A stretch of 61,342 nucleotides of DNA from a virus (Duplodnaviria; Caudoviricetes): IMG/VR virus record IMGVR_UViG_3300048574_000496, positions 1 to 61,342 of that record; one strand, written 5' to 3'. The translations under genes were made by a program, and so were the position numbers. Shown in pieces: positions 9,060 through 17,886 of the stretch (position 1 is the first letter of the stretch; each line of letters starts with the position of its first letter). The notes below the pieces were generated by a model. That model was not told the DNA's origin and searched no databases. It saw nothing but the letters and a program-made list of their open reading frames with translations.

Positions 9060-9430
9060 CCTTGGGCTCTTGCCCTGTTTATGTTGCTGCCTTTCCTGTC
9101 CCTATCAAAGGGGTTTAGGTCTGCAGTTGAAAGCCTCACTATCGCCCCCTTATCCCCCTTGCTGAATGTATTCAGGGCGAAAAGATGTTGAATCCTTAAG
9201 AAAACGCCGGGTGTTGTCTCGATTTGGAGACAACACCCGGCGCGCATGCCCCCTGGGGGTGGGTAAAATCTCCACGCCCATATAGCTGGTAACCGGTCTG
9301 CAGTTTTCTTGCGGTGTTGGCAAAATTGGGCAAGGGGGGTATTAATCCTTTTTTCTGTGTAACTTGTTGTAATCAATGTATAATTATCAGTGTTCATGGT
9401 TTTGCCGTTTGCGTTATTGTTTTTTCGCAA
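9056..9430 (-). CDS. Hypothetical protein
   Basis: Fills the operon between 9394-10071 and the chaperone; true start may be the second ATG. Confidence 0.45.
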   Translation of the reverse strand: MRKNNNANGKTMNTDNYTLITTSYTEKRINTPLAQFCQHRKKTADRLPAIWAWRFYPPPGGMRAGCCLQIETTPGVFLRIQHLFALNTFSKGDKGAIVRLSTADLNPFDRDRKGSNINRARAQG

Positions 9431-10071
9431 TACCGGAAAGTGAAGGCTATTGCGCCCTTGTCATTGATGGTGACCAGCACCTGCTCGCGCGTCCAGACTG
9501 GAAGCCAGGCAAGGCCCCATTGGCCATAAGGCCACCGAAATTTCGACCGGCCAACCAAAGCGGCCATAGTCCACCCGGCCGCCAGGAGTTGTGCCTTGTT
9601 CTCCTTGATCCACGGCCAAGCCGCCCGGAAGTATTTCCGCTGCTGGTCAGTGACCGGATCGGGTTTCTTATCCCCCTGCAGGGCCTCGGGGAGATCGTAG
9701 TTGACCGGGACCAATTCACAGTCCGCCTGGGTGCGCTTGCTCATTCTGCCTGCGGCCTCCACCGGTTGCCCCTCAATCCCTGGCTGGCAGGTTGTGCAGA
9801 AGAAGCCGCCGCCGCGACCTGCCACGAACAATCGCCCATAACAGATGGGGCAGGGGTGCAGGAAAGCAAGGCGCTCAGGTTTTGGCTGCGGTGCGGGGTG
9901 TTTACTCTGCGTCCTCTTGCTACCTTCTTGCCGGCCGGGTGTGTTTTTGCTCCGAGGTGGATCGAATTCCCCGCTTTTTGGTGGGGAATCCTGTGATTTT
10001 TTCAGACCACCCACGGGGGTGATAGGGGCCATCCCCGTGGCCAGCTGCTCAATTGCGTCGAATAATCCCAT
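9394..10071 (-). CDS. Hypothetical Zn-finger protein downstream of the origin
   Basis: CPIC...CTTC motif; C-terminal LLAAGWT...WGLAWL. Confidence 0.6.
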   Translation of the reverse strand: MGLFDAIEQLATGMAPITPVGGLKKSQDSPPKSGEFDPPRSKNTPGRQEGSKRTQSKHPAPQPKPERLAFLHPCPICYGRLFVAGRGGGFFCTTCQPGIEGQPVEAAGRMSKRTQADCELVPVNYDLPEALQGDKKPDPVTDQQRKYFRAAWPWIKENKAQLLAAGWTMAALVGRSKFRWPYGQWGLAWLPVWTREQVLVTINDKGAIAFTFRYCEKTITQTAKP

Positions 10072-10152
10072 TTCCACACCTGCTTTTTCTTTGGTATTCC
10101 TCCCCTTGTTGGGGCAATTTCATGCGCAAACCCTGGGAAAATCCTTTGGCAA

Positions 10153-10475
10153 CTGCACCCAAGCCGGTTTCCGCTGCACCCAAAACCACTGTTACTGCAC
10201 CCAGAAACATAGGATTTTTTCACACCTTGAAAACTGTCTATATATAAATATTTATAATTATTATATTTTATATAATAACATGGGCCGGCTGGGTGCAGTG
10301 GGTGCAGTGGGTGCACCTGATGTCGCGCGCATGTGAAGTGATCGCTCGGCGGGGAAGTTTCTTTTTATAATTGGTGAAAAAGTGCTGCACCCACTGCACC
10401 CACTGCACCCAGCCTTGATTTTCCGTTGTTTTTGCTGCACCCACCGAGGAGTATCCGCTGCACCCACTGCACCCA
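10153..10475. repeat. Iteron-like origin of replication: about 12 copies of CTGCACCCA in both orientations around an AT-rich core
   Basis: Direct copies at 10153, 10174, 10195, 10385-10411 (x3), 10435, 10458-10475 (x2); three inverted copies at 10290-10316; AT-rich 10239-10280; adjacent to the primase 3' end. Confidence 0.8.
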
Positions 10476-10490
10476 AAAAAGCCGTGTTTT

Positions 10491-13091
10491 TCAATGTTCA
10501 TCTGGGGCGACCATTGCCAAGTCACTGTTTTTCTGAAACCATTCAAGGCAAAAAGCCCAAACCCTTCTTTGTGTCGGTCGCCCCGTTTCTGGAGCGTTTT
10601 GGGGTGTGGGGAAGCGATAATTTAGGCTGTTTCGGATATAAGCTGGGTGTTCTTGCAGGGCTCTGGTGAGTTGCTCGCTTACCTGAAAACTCATCCCCCG
10701 ATTGCTCCGGAGGATGCGTTCAACCTCTGGCAAGTTCACCAGAATCATTTTTCTTTCAGTGTTGATATGGTAAGCGGTTGGGTGCTCCCTGGTGTCGATG
10801 AGGTCGAGTTGTTCAAAAGCATGGTCTGCAATGGTGGTTTTTCTAATTGCACTGGTAACGCATTTCTTCCGCCCAATTTCGGCCATGAACCCTGTTGCTT
10901 GGGGTTCGGTGTCTATATCGAAGCACGAACAGAACAAGCGATAGAAAGCCAGAATGAGGGCGTGGTTGTCGAGTATGCGGCGTTCAGCCATAGGGCGGAG
11001 TGCCGCTTGTGCGGCCGTGTACTCATTATGCCAGTTTTTGAAGTGTGCTCTCTTGATGAGCGCCTGTTGCATGATGCCGGCAATCTCCCGCTTGTCGATG
11101 GCGGTCAATTTTTCGTAGGCGGCCCGTGTGCTGTCGCTGATAGCTTCGGTTTTGAATTCAAGGCTGATGGTTCGCTGCTTTTCTGCCTTGCTGTTGAATG
11201 GCTCTATGTTTTGTGAAAAGAGCAGGGTGCCAAGGAATGGGTTTTCCCTGGTGGACAGGTCGTTGGAAAAAGAGGCCTGCACCTGTAGCGGGCCTCGGTT
11301 GTAGGCGGTCAGAATGATGCTGTAGTCAAAGCCTTTCTCGTTCCTGTCGTTGTCCTCAAGGAGTGCAGTGAATAACCCGGAGACTTGGCCTATGGTACGA
11401 ATAGCGCCTTTTTTCGTGTTCAGCTGTGTGACGGGTAGGCCTTCGCCCTCTCGGCCCTGGATATTGTTCAGCAGGGTTACCAAGGCGCTTTTGCCGCTGG
11501 CCGGATCACCAAACAGGGATAGGAACGGGAAATAGTTGGTTTCTGCCTTCACCTGGTTGACGAACCACCCGGCAACAGTCCAGGAAAGGGCGACGATACC
11601 ATTAAGTCCCCACGCCTCCCGAATGAGCCGGTATATCTCTTTGGCCCGCTTCTTGGTGATTGGTGCCGGTTGTATGGATTTGCTTTCCCCATGATGAGGG
11701 GGTTTGAAGTATTGATTGTGACCAAGCTGGAACAGGCCGCGTTTGTTTGGTGTGGCAAGGTTTCCGGACGCATCGACCGCCCACCGGTTGAAAATGTAGT
11801 GCCCGCACTCCAGTTGGTACCCGGTAACAGTGAGCAGCAGCACCTCGGGGGCCGCCTTGTCGCCAGTTATTTTTGTCTGCAGGGCGGTTGCCGCTTTGGG
11901 GTCCCCTTCCCAGTTAATTTTTGCCGTGGAAAGCAGGAACTCATTCAAAGCCCTGGCGCTTGATATCTCTTTGCCGGTAGCGGTCACCTCAACCGGGCGA
12001 CCTTTGGCTGGTTGCACTGCAAGGTTGTAGTGGTATTCCGGCTTGGCTGGGTTGGTGCGGTCCACGATATAGCTGAGCACCTTGATTGTTCCCCGGATAC
12101 AGATGGAGGCGGCAACGTAAGGCTCTGCCGCTTCGTTGCGTGGGGTTTTAATTATTGAATAGTAGGTTGCTCGGGCGAAGGTGAACAGGCCGGGCGGCTT
12201 GCCGTAAAACCGGTAGTAGATGGTGGCAAAATCATTAGCATCCGTTGCCAGGGCTAGGGTGCCGTTATTCCGGTACCGGGGAAGGTTTTGCTCGAACTGT
12301 TCTTTGACCTTGGTAATTGGTCCGGCGTTTAAGATATCATTCCAATCCTGACCGGAATCGCAAAGGATAACCTCTGATTCCGGGTAAAAGACTCTCCACT
12401 TCCTGCAGGCTTGGTAACCAGCTTCGTCATTGTCGAATGCCAGGACCAAGTTTTGAAAAGAAGACAAATCGACCTTGGCCGGATCCTGGCCGGAAGCGAG
12501 AACGGCGATAGCCTGCTTGCCCATTTCGAGAAGGGAAAGTGCGTCAAGGATGCCCTCAGTGATAAATGTTTTCTGATTGGGGTTATAAGGTATTGACGGG
12601 TGTTGCCAGTGTAGCCCAGTGGTTGAGCCGACATTGTGGGTTTTACCCTCACCCGGTGGCGGGCTGAAAAGCCGCCCGTTCAAAATCTCCTTGCCGTCCT
12701 GGCTGGTGGCCACGGGGAACATGACGGCTCCTGATCCGGTCTTTCTGGCGTCCTTCATGTAACGGAAGTCAAGTCCGGTCAGCACATGGGAAAGGCCCCT
12801 TGATTTCAGGTATTCACGCGCCGGGCGGTGTGGATCGTCTTTGGTTGCGGGGAAATCGCGCTCGATGTCCCGGCGAATCTCTGGGAAAATATCAAGCGTC
12901 TTTGTACGTGCTCCGCATTGCGACATGCGGTTGCAGTTGATGGCCATGGGGCTTGATGCGTATGCCCAGGCGTTTTTGTCGCCGCACGCGGGGCAGGTTA
13001 AACCCTGGATGGTGTTGTTTGCTGCCCTGGTCTTTGAAGTCCAATACACTGAGGTTTTCAGGGCCTCTTTGATCTTCTCATCTAACGCCAT
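10491..13091 (-). CDS. Zn-finger/Toprim primase fused to a P-loop helicase (satellite replication protein)
   Basis: CPAC...C..C Zn finger, Toprim ITEGILDALSL and AFDND, Walker A GDPASGKS. Confidence 0.88.
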   Translation of the reverse strand: MALDEKIKEALKTSVYWTSKTRAANNTIQGLTCPACGDKNAWAYASSPMAINCNRMSQCGARTKTLDIFPEIRRDIERDFPATKDDPHRPAREYLKSRGLSHVLTGLDFRYMKDARKTGSGAVMFPVATSQDGKEILNGRLFSPPPGEGKTHNVGSTTGLHWQHPSIPYNPNQKTFITEGILDALSLLEMGKQAIAVLASGQDPAKVDLSSFQNLVLAFDNDEAGYQACRKWRVFYPESEVILCDSGQDWNDILNAGPITKVKEQFEQNLPRYRNNGTLALATDANDFATIYYRFYGKPPGLFTFARATYYSIIKTPRNEAAEPYVAASICIRGTIKVLSYIVDRTNPAKPEYHYNLAVQPAKGRPVEVTATGKEISSARALNEFLLSTAKINWEGDPKAATALQTKITGDKAAPEVLLLTVTGYQLECGHYIFNRWAVDASGNLATPNKRGLFQLGHNQYFKPPHHGESKSIQPAPITKKRAKEIYRLIREAWGLNGIVALSWTVAGWFVNQVKAETNYFPFLSLFGDPASGKSALVTLLNNIQGREGEGLPVTQLNTKKGAIRTIGQVSGLFTALLEDNDRNEKGFDYSIILTAYNRGPLQVQASFSNDLSTRENPFLGTLLFSQNIEPFNSKAEKQRTISLEFKTEAISDSTRAAYEKLTAIDKREIAGIMQQALIKRAHFKNWHNEYTAAQAALRPMAERRILDNHALILAFYRLFCSCFDIDTEPQATGFMAEIGRKKCVTSAIRKTTIADHAFEQLDLIDTREHPTAYHINTERKMILVNLPEVERILRSNRGMSFQVSEQLTRALQEHPAYIRNSLNYRFPTPQNAPETGRPTQRRVWAFCLEWFQKNSDLAMVAPDEH

Positions 13092-13489
13092 TACACCTTA
13101 CCCCTAACGATATTCCCTTTGGAGGCTTCACCTATTTTGCTGCGGTAGAATTCGGGAGTATCCCTGTAAAAAATTGTATATTTTTCATTCGTCACGGAAA
13201 TTGCGTACCTTCCGTCCCCGTATGTTGTTTTGATGATGAGTTTATTGTTTTTTTTCTCATCCACCTCGATCTCTAGAATGGAGGTTGGTAGGTCGTTGAA
13301 GGATGGGATATATCGATACGGTATCCAGCCTTCAGGCCGGAAGAAGTGGCTTTCCCATTGAGTTCCTTTGCTTATTGAGCAATACGGGACCAGTATTACT
13401 CGTGAGTAATGAAGAATGAGAACGTCAACCGCTAGAAATTGCAGAGCTGCGGGTTTCTGTTTGGTTAGATGATTTTTCACGTTGGCCAT
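13091..13489 (-). CDS. Hypothetical protein
   Basis: Tightly packed between the HTH gene and the primase (TAATG overlap). Confidence 0.6.
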   Translation of the reverse strand: MANVKNHLTKQKPAALQFLAVDVLILHYSRVILVPYCSISKGTQWESHFFRPEGWIPYRYIPSFNDLPTSILEIEVDEKKNNKLIIKTTYGDGRYAISVTNEKYTIFYRDTPEFYRSKIGEASKGNIVRGKV

Positions 13490-13494
13490 CCCTT

Positions 13495-13818
13495 TTAATT
13501 GCAGGAAGGGTCAAAAATTTTAACCTCTACTCCGTTCGCCCACTTATCAAGCCATGGGATGGTGTAATAAACTCGCGAACCAATTTTTTTATACTTGGGT
13601 CCACGGGATTGGCAGCGATATACCTCAAGGCTGCTTGCTGCGGTCGGTATTCCTTTGATTTTGGTAAGATAGGCGGACGCCTGTTTGGTGGTGATGGCTT
13701 CGGGATTGGTAATCCCGAACTGTTTGAATGATTCTTCTGTTTGAGGGGAGATGCTTTCTGGGTTGGTGGTCCGGGCTTGCTGATGGAATGTTCCGGTTAA
13801 ATTAGAATCCTGTTTCAT
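13495..13818 (-). CDS. AlpA/excisionase-like DNA-binding protein
   Basis: ITTKQASAYL...SLEVYRCQSRGPKYKKIGSRVYY..LDKW pattern; GAAGG SD. Confidence 0.75.
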   Translation of the reverse strand: MKQDSNLTGTFHQQARTTNPESISPQTEESFKQFGITNPEAITTKQASAYLTKIKGIPTAASSLEVYRCQSRGPKYKKIGSRVYYTIPWLDKWANGVEVKIFDPSCN

Positions 13819-13915
13819 GTAAAGTCACCTTCATTTCAGGGTTAAACGGCGTATGAAAAAGCGCCAATTACAGGCCTGATATGAAAGTAACTTGCTGTGT
13901 TTATTTGTAAATAGG

Positions 13916-13972
13916 CATTGGTAACGTGTGTCTGGTAATCGTTACCAATGTCTGACACACGTTACCAATGTC
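13916..13972. promoter_or_regulatory. Operator-like repeats between the regulator and alpA-like gene
   Basis: Perfect 17-bp inverted repeat CATTGGTAACGTGTGTC / GACACACGTTACCAATG plus a direct repeat of CGTTACCAATGTC. Confidence 0.65.
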
Positions 13973-14687
13973 GTATTTTTTCCGGAAGCTGATCAATATT
14001 TTTAGGGTTGATGCCGATTGTGTTCAGCCATCTGATGAATGTTCTATGACTCGGCGTTTGTTTTTTTGTATTTTTATTCCAAACTTTCCTAATTTCATCA
14101 GCTAATTTTTCACAGCTGTATCCAGGTTTATATATTTCAGTAATATTGTCTGTAATTATTTTTTTTATAACGTCAATATTATCATTAACACGATTTTTTA
14201 CTGTATTTGTCGATTTTTCTATTCTGATTTTTTCACTTAAAAGGTGCTTGCCGCTGAATTTAAGTATTTTTAAAAATGATATTAACCTGTGCGCGTAACT
14301 GTTAATTTTTAAAAAATTATTAAATTTTTCTTGTGATATGATTTTTTCCATTATTTTCATTTTTTGATAATATGAAGCAAACAAGGTGAGGCCAAACTCT
14401 ATATATGTAACGTCGAAAGGGGCGGGTGGTTCTTTTTCTGGTCCAGGCTGTAACATTCCAATTATTATTGGACATGTTATTTTTACTAAAAAAAGTTCCG
14501 AATTATCACTTATTTCATTTCTAAAATCCTGCATTGAGATGAATTTTTCACAAAACATTATGTTTGTTTCATCTTCTGATAAATTACACGCTTTTTTATC
14601 TGTTATATATTGCGTCAATATGTTGTGTGCGATGTATATCTGGTCTAGCATATCGGACGCTTCCGCTCGGATCTGCTGCGTGTTCAT
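13962..14687 (-). CDS. AT-rich hypothetical protein with C-terminal HTH-like segment (putative regulator)
   Basis: SCEKLADEI...PSHRTFIRWL; position upstream of the alpA-like gene. Confidence 0.6.
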   Translation of the reverse strand: MNTQQIRAEASDMLDQIYIAHNILTQYITDKKACNLSEDETNIMFCEKFISMQDFRNEISDNSELFLVKITCPIIIGMLQPGPEKEPPAPFDVTYIEFGLTLFASYYQKMKIMEKIISQEKFNNFLKINSYAHRLISFLKILKFSGKHLLSEKIRIEKSTNTVKNRVNDNIDVIKKIITDNITEIYKPGYSCEKLADEIRKVWNKNTKKQTPSHRTFIRWLNTIGINPKNIDQLPEKIRHW

Positions 14688-14714
14688 TAATATTCCCCTT
14701 TAGTTTTCCCCATT

Positions 14715-14789
14715 AAAAAAACAAGCACGGCGGACACTGGGGAAGAAGCGTCTTTTCGGCGGAGTGATCAGCTCCACCGGCCGTGCTTG
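14715..14789 (-). promoter_or_regulatory. Structured leader/attenuator candidate upstream of 13962-14687
   Basis: 10-bp outer stem CAAGCACGGC/GCCGTGCTTG followed by a U run; internal UUCCCCA complementary to downstream UGGGGAA and AGGGGAA (SD). Confidence 0.5.
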
Positions 14790-14804
14790 AAGTCTGTCAA
14801 GATT

Positions 14805-15227
14805 TCATTTCACAAGACGCAGATGGCCGGTGATGACTGGATTTTTCCTGGTCTGTCTCTTTTTCACCCTCTTCTTGCCCGTTTTGTTCGCAAGCCATTC
14901 TTGATAAGGCTTTACCTGGGTGAGAGATTTCCTAAAGGCTTCAATCCCCTCTTGGTCGAATCCGTATGTCTCGAAAACAAATTGTAAAAATCGTTGAAAA
15001 TCATAGCTGACGGCAGGTGTTCTTTGTGCACTCTGCATGTAGAGGTACATTTTTTCAAACGCATGTACCTGGCAAACAGCCTTGAACGCCCATTGCTGGA
15101 ATGTCGGGTGGTATCGGTCGAGATCATCCATAAAATTTGAAAATCCGGCGTGATCGAAACTCGATGTCTCGGTGATAAACTGAAAAACTTCATCAAATTG
15201 TCCGGGCTTGAATTCTGAATGCATCAT
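14805..15227 (-). CDS. Hypothetical protein
   Basis: GAGGAG SD; ends in HLRLVK. Confidence 0.65.
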   Translation of the reverse strand: MMHSEFKPGQFDEVFQFITETSSFDHAGFSNFMDDLDRYHPTFQQWAFKAVCQVHAFEKMYLYMQSAQRTPAVSYDFQRFLQFVFETYGFDQEGIEAFRKSLTQVKPYQEWLANKTGKKRVKKRQTRKNPVITGHLRLVK

Positions 15228-15270
15228 TCTCTCCTCTGCTCAGTTCTACGGAAACGCACGGTAATGCTCA

Positions 15271-16344
15271 TCAATCCTTAAAATAATACACAGCCCTATC
15301 GGGAATCGAATTCATTTCCCCTGTTTTCCAGTCAATAAGGTTGTAGGTTCCCGCATCGTTGGGGAATTGAAAATATCGAACTCCGTCTTCGTACAGTTTG
15401 TTTTTCGAACCGCCCACCTCGGCAATAACTTTGATGGCGTGGATCTTTTTAGTGTTGTTCGTCCAGTCTATTTTCAGGGTCTTGCTGAAAAAACCGCTCA
15501 ACTCTGCATGGCACACGTTTCCGTACAACCCGTTCAGTGCTATTACGAAAGCGCTGGGAAAATCGATTGTTCTCGGGGTGTGCGTTTCCTGCTTGTTTGG
15601 TGCAGGGCGCTGAAGTGGTGCAGGGCGTTGAGGCTCTGGTTGTGGTGTGAGTCGCTCTTGTGGCGTTGGTGGAATTGGTGTCTTTTGCCCGTTGTCGTGA
15701 TCGCATTTACCGAGCAGGTAAATGGTGAAGAAAAGAATAAAGGCCCACCCCATGCACCCAAGCGGTTTTCTCGGTGAATTATTTGCAGATTTGCGTAAAG
15801 GATTCTCTTTTTTAATTCGTTCTCCGCAAAGAGGGCAGTTCTCTGCATTTCTAGAGATTGGTTTTTTACAGGTTGGGCAACTGATGAGCTTTGACGATGT
15901 GTTTTCTTCCCTTGGATCGTCAGACAAATTGTCAGGCGGATCAACCTCCATGATACGGTCCATGGAGATGGCTTCACCGGTTTCGGCATCAACAATGCCT
16001 CCTTGGATGCGATCAAATCGAAAGGTCCTTGCCTCTTGTCTTGTCAGGCAAAACCCGTTGATGTACCAGAGCTGAGCATATAAAAATCGAATTGGGTTCT
16101 TGATCTGCCTCGATGATTTGTTTTCACGAGCATCTTCATAATCAAAGGCAATAACCGGTGGCCTTCGGTTGACCCTTTGGCGTTTTCCTTCCTCATCCCA
16201 TGCTTGCTGTTTTTCTTGCTCTTTTTTTTCCTGCAGAACAACACGCTCCGCTTTTTCGTAAATAACCCCGCAGTTAAGGCACTCTGCCCCTTCGTTCTTC
16301 TCAGTGCCGCACTTGACGCAATGAGTGAACGATTCTTCAAGCAT
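15271..16344 (-). CDS. Zn-ribbon / WYL-like / Zn-ribbon / transmembrane protein
   Basis: CVKC..CLNC; FDYED...RQI.NP...WYINGFCLTRQEARTFRFDRI (WYL-like); CPTC..CPLC; hydrophobic MGWAFILFFTIYLLG; Pro-rich linker. Confidence 0.75.
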   Translation of the reverse strand: MLEESFTHCVKCGTEKNEGAECLNCGVIYEKAERVVLQEKKEQEKQQAWDEEGKRQRVNRRPPVIAFDYEDARENKSSRQIKNPIRFLYAQLWYINGFCLTRQEARTFRFDRIQGGIVDAETGEAISMDRIMEVDPPDNLSDDPREENTSSKLISCPTCKKPISRNAENCPLCGERIKKENPLRKSANNSPRKPLGCMGWAFILFFTIYLLGKCDHDNGQKTPIPPTPQERLTPQPEPQRPAPLQRPAPNKQETHTPRTIDFPSAFVIALNGLYGNVCHAELSGFFSKTLKIDWTNNTKKIHAIKVIAEVGGSKNKLYEDGVRYFQFPNDAGTYNLIDWKTGEMNSIPDRAVYYFKD

Positions 16345-16674
16345 GGTCTGGTTCCTGCTGGTTGTTTATTTTACGCATTTGCACACCCGTAAAGTGAATT
16401 GTGGCAAATCATATGGTTGCAGTCGGATATTTGGCACAATTCGCCGTCAGTCCCTAGCATTCATCCTTCGTGCTCTAGCGTACCATTATTCCCTTCTTTT
16501 TCCCCAGCCGCCGATGTGTGGGCGGTGTTGCCATGCTGTTTGCTGCTGCGGAGTGCATGATGCTTGCCTGGCCGCCTTTTCCGTTTGTGCCTCACCCAAT
16601 ATGCACAAAATTATTTGTGACTCATATTTTCAATTTCATAAACATCAAACTGTTTTGTGTTGCATCTGTGAGCT

Positions 16675-17796
16675 TCAAAAAACCTCTCGGCCTTCGGCAA
16701 TATTCAAGAGCGCATGGTATGCCAACACCGCTGCCCTGCTGCCACTGCTCTCTGTCATGGTCCGCAATACATCATTGGCTTTTAACACGTTCAGTATCCT
16801 CTGGGCCGTTGGCTTTGGGATTGCTGAGGTGTTGACAAAATCAGAGCTTTTGAAAATGGGCCGCTCAAATATCCAGTCCAGGGCATGAATGGCATACTGG
16901 GAATGGGTCAGCTCAACAAATCCGGTTTTCATTCGGTTGTACAGATCCAGGATGGCCCCAGCCTTTTTCAGATTTTCTTCCGCCTGCTGTTGAACGGCGG
17001 TGAGAAAGAAGACGCACCAGCCTGTCCAGTCATAATCTTGAGATACCGCCAACAGTCTGTCATAATAGGTGTCGCGGTTGGCCTCGAGATAGGCGCTGAT
17101 ATAGAACATGGGCCGCTGGATAAGGCCGGCCTGGTGCATGAACAAGGGAATAAGCATGCGCCCTAACCGTCCGTTTCCGTCGAGGAATGGATGCAGTGCC
17201 TCGAATTCGGCATGGAGGATAGCGAGCTGAATTAATCGATCAGGGGCGGGTGTATGGATGTAGCGCTCCCAGGTAGACATGGCCTCGGGTAATGCATCCG
17301 CGCCGATAGGGACGAAGCGAGCTTCCTCGATACTGCAGCCATGCGGGCCAATCCAATTCGGGATGCGCCGATATTCTCCTGGTGATTTGCCATGCCCCCG
17401 GACGCCAGAAAGCAAAACCTTGTGGGCTTCGCGAATAACCCGCTGAGACAGGGGGAGCTCTTGCAACATGCCCTCCGCGGCACGCATGGCCTTCCGGTAA
17501 TTAAGGACCTCCCAGATGTCAGCCTCTTTCGGTGTAGTTGGGTCTCCGGAATCGCCTTTGGCTTCATACTCCAAAACCTCGCCCATTGTGGCCTGGGTGC
17601 CCTCGATCCGTGAAGAAAGAACCGCCTCCTGAGTCGTGAGCGGGCTCATCAATACCGATGCGTTGGGAATCGCGGCCAACAGCCCGTCATACCGTGCAAC
17701 GGCAGCGTTGGCCGAACCAATCAGGGTGATGAGTCGTTGCCAGTCCAGCTTTTCCGGCGGGAAGTTTCCTTTGTGATACTTGACGGCTTCGGGCAT
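16675..17796 (-). CDS. Fic family protein with N-terminal extension
   Basis: HPFLDGNGRLGR Fic motif; EAVLSSRIEGT inhibitory-type motif. Confidence 0.92.
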   Translation of the reverse strand: MPEAVKYHKGNFPPEKLDWQRLITLIGSANAAVARYDGLLAAIPNASVLMSPLTTQEAVLSSRIEGTQATMGEVLEYEAKGDSGDPTTPKEADIWEVLNYRKAMRAAEGMLQELPLSQRVIREAHKVLLSGVRGHGKSPGEYRRIPNWIGPHGCSIEEARFVPIGADALPEAMSTWERYIHTPAPDRLIQLAILHAEFEALHPFLDGNGRLGRMLIPLFMHQAGLIQRPMFYISAYLEANRDTYYDRLLAVSQDYDWTGWCVFFLTAVQQQAEENLKKAGAILDLYNRMKTGFVELTHSQYAIHALDWIFERPIFKSSDFVNTSAIPKPTAQRILNVLKANDVLRTMTESSGSRAAVLAYHALLNIAEGREVF

Positions 17797-17886
17797 TGTT
17801 CGTTCCTCGGTGCTTTCGGTTGTCTCGGTGAAATTTTACGGATGTATTCGCGTGGCGCCGTAAACTTCATCGTAATTCGCCATAGT

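Noticed and set aside
10002-10669. ORFs with HPL/GAV/WVQ/CTH repeats, or a CRISPR array
   Set aside because: They are translations of tandem 9-bp iterons; there are no unique spacers of regular length and no cas genes.
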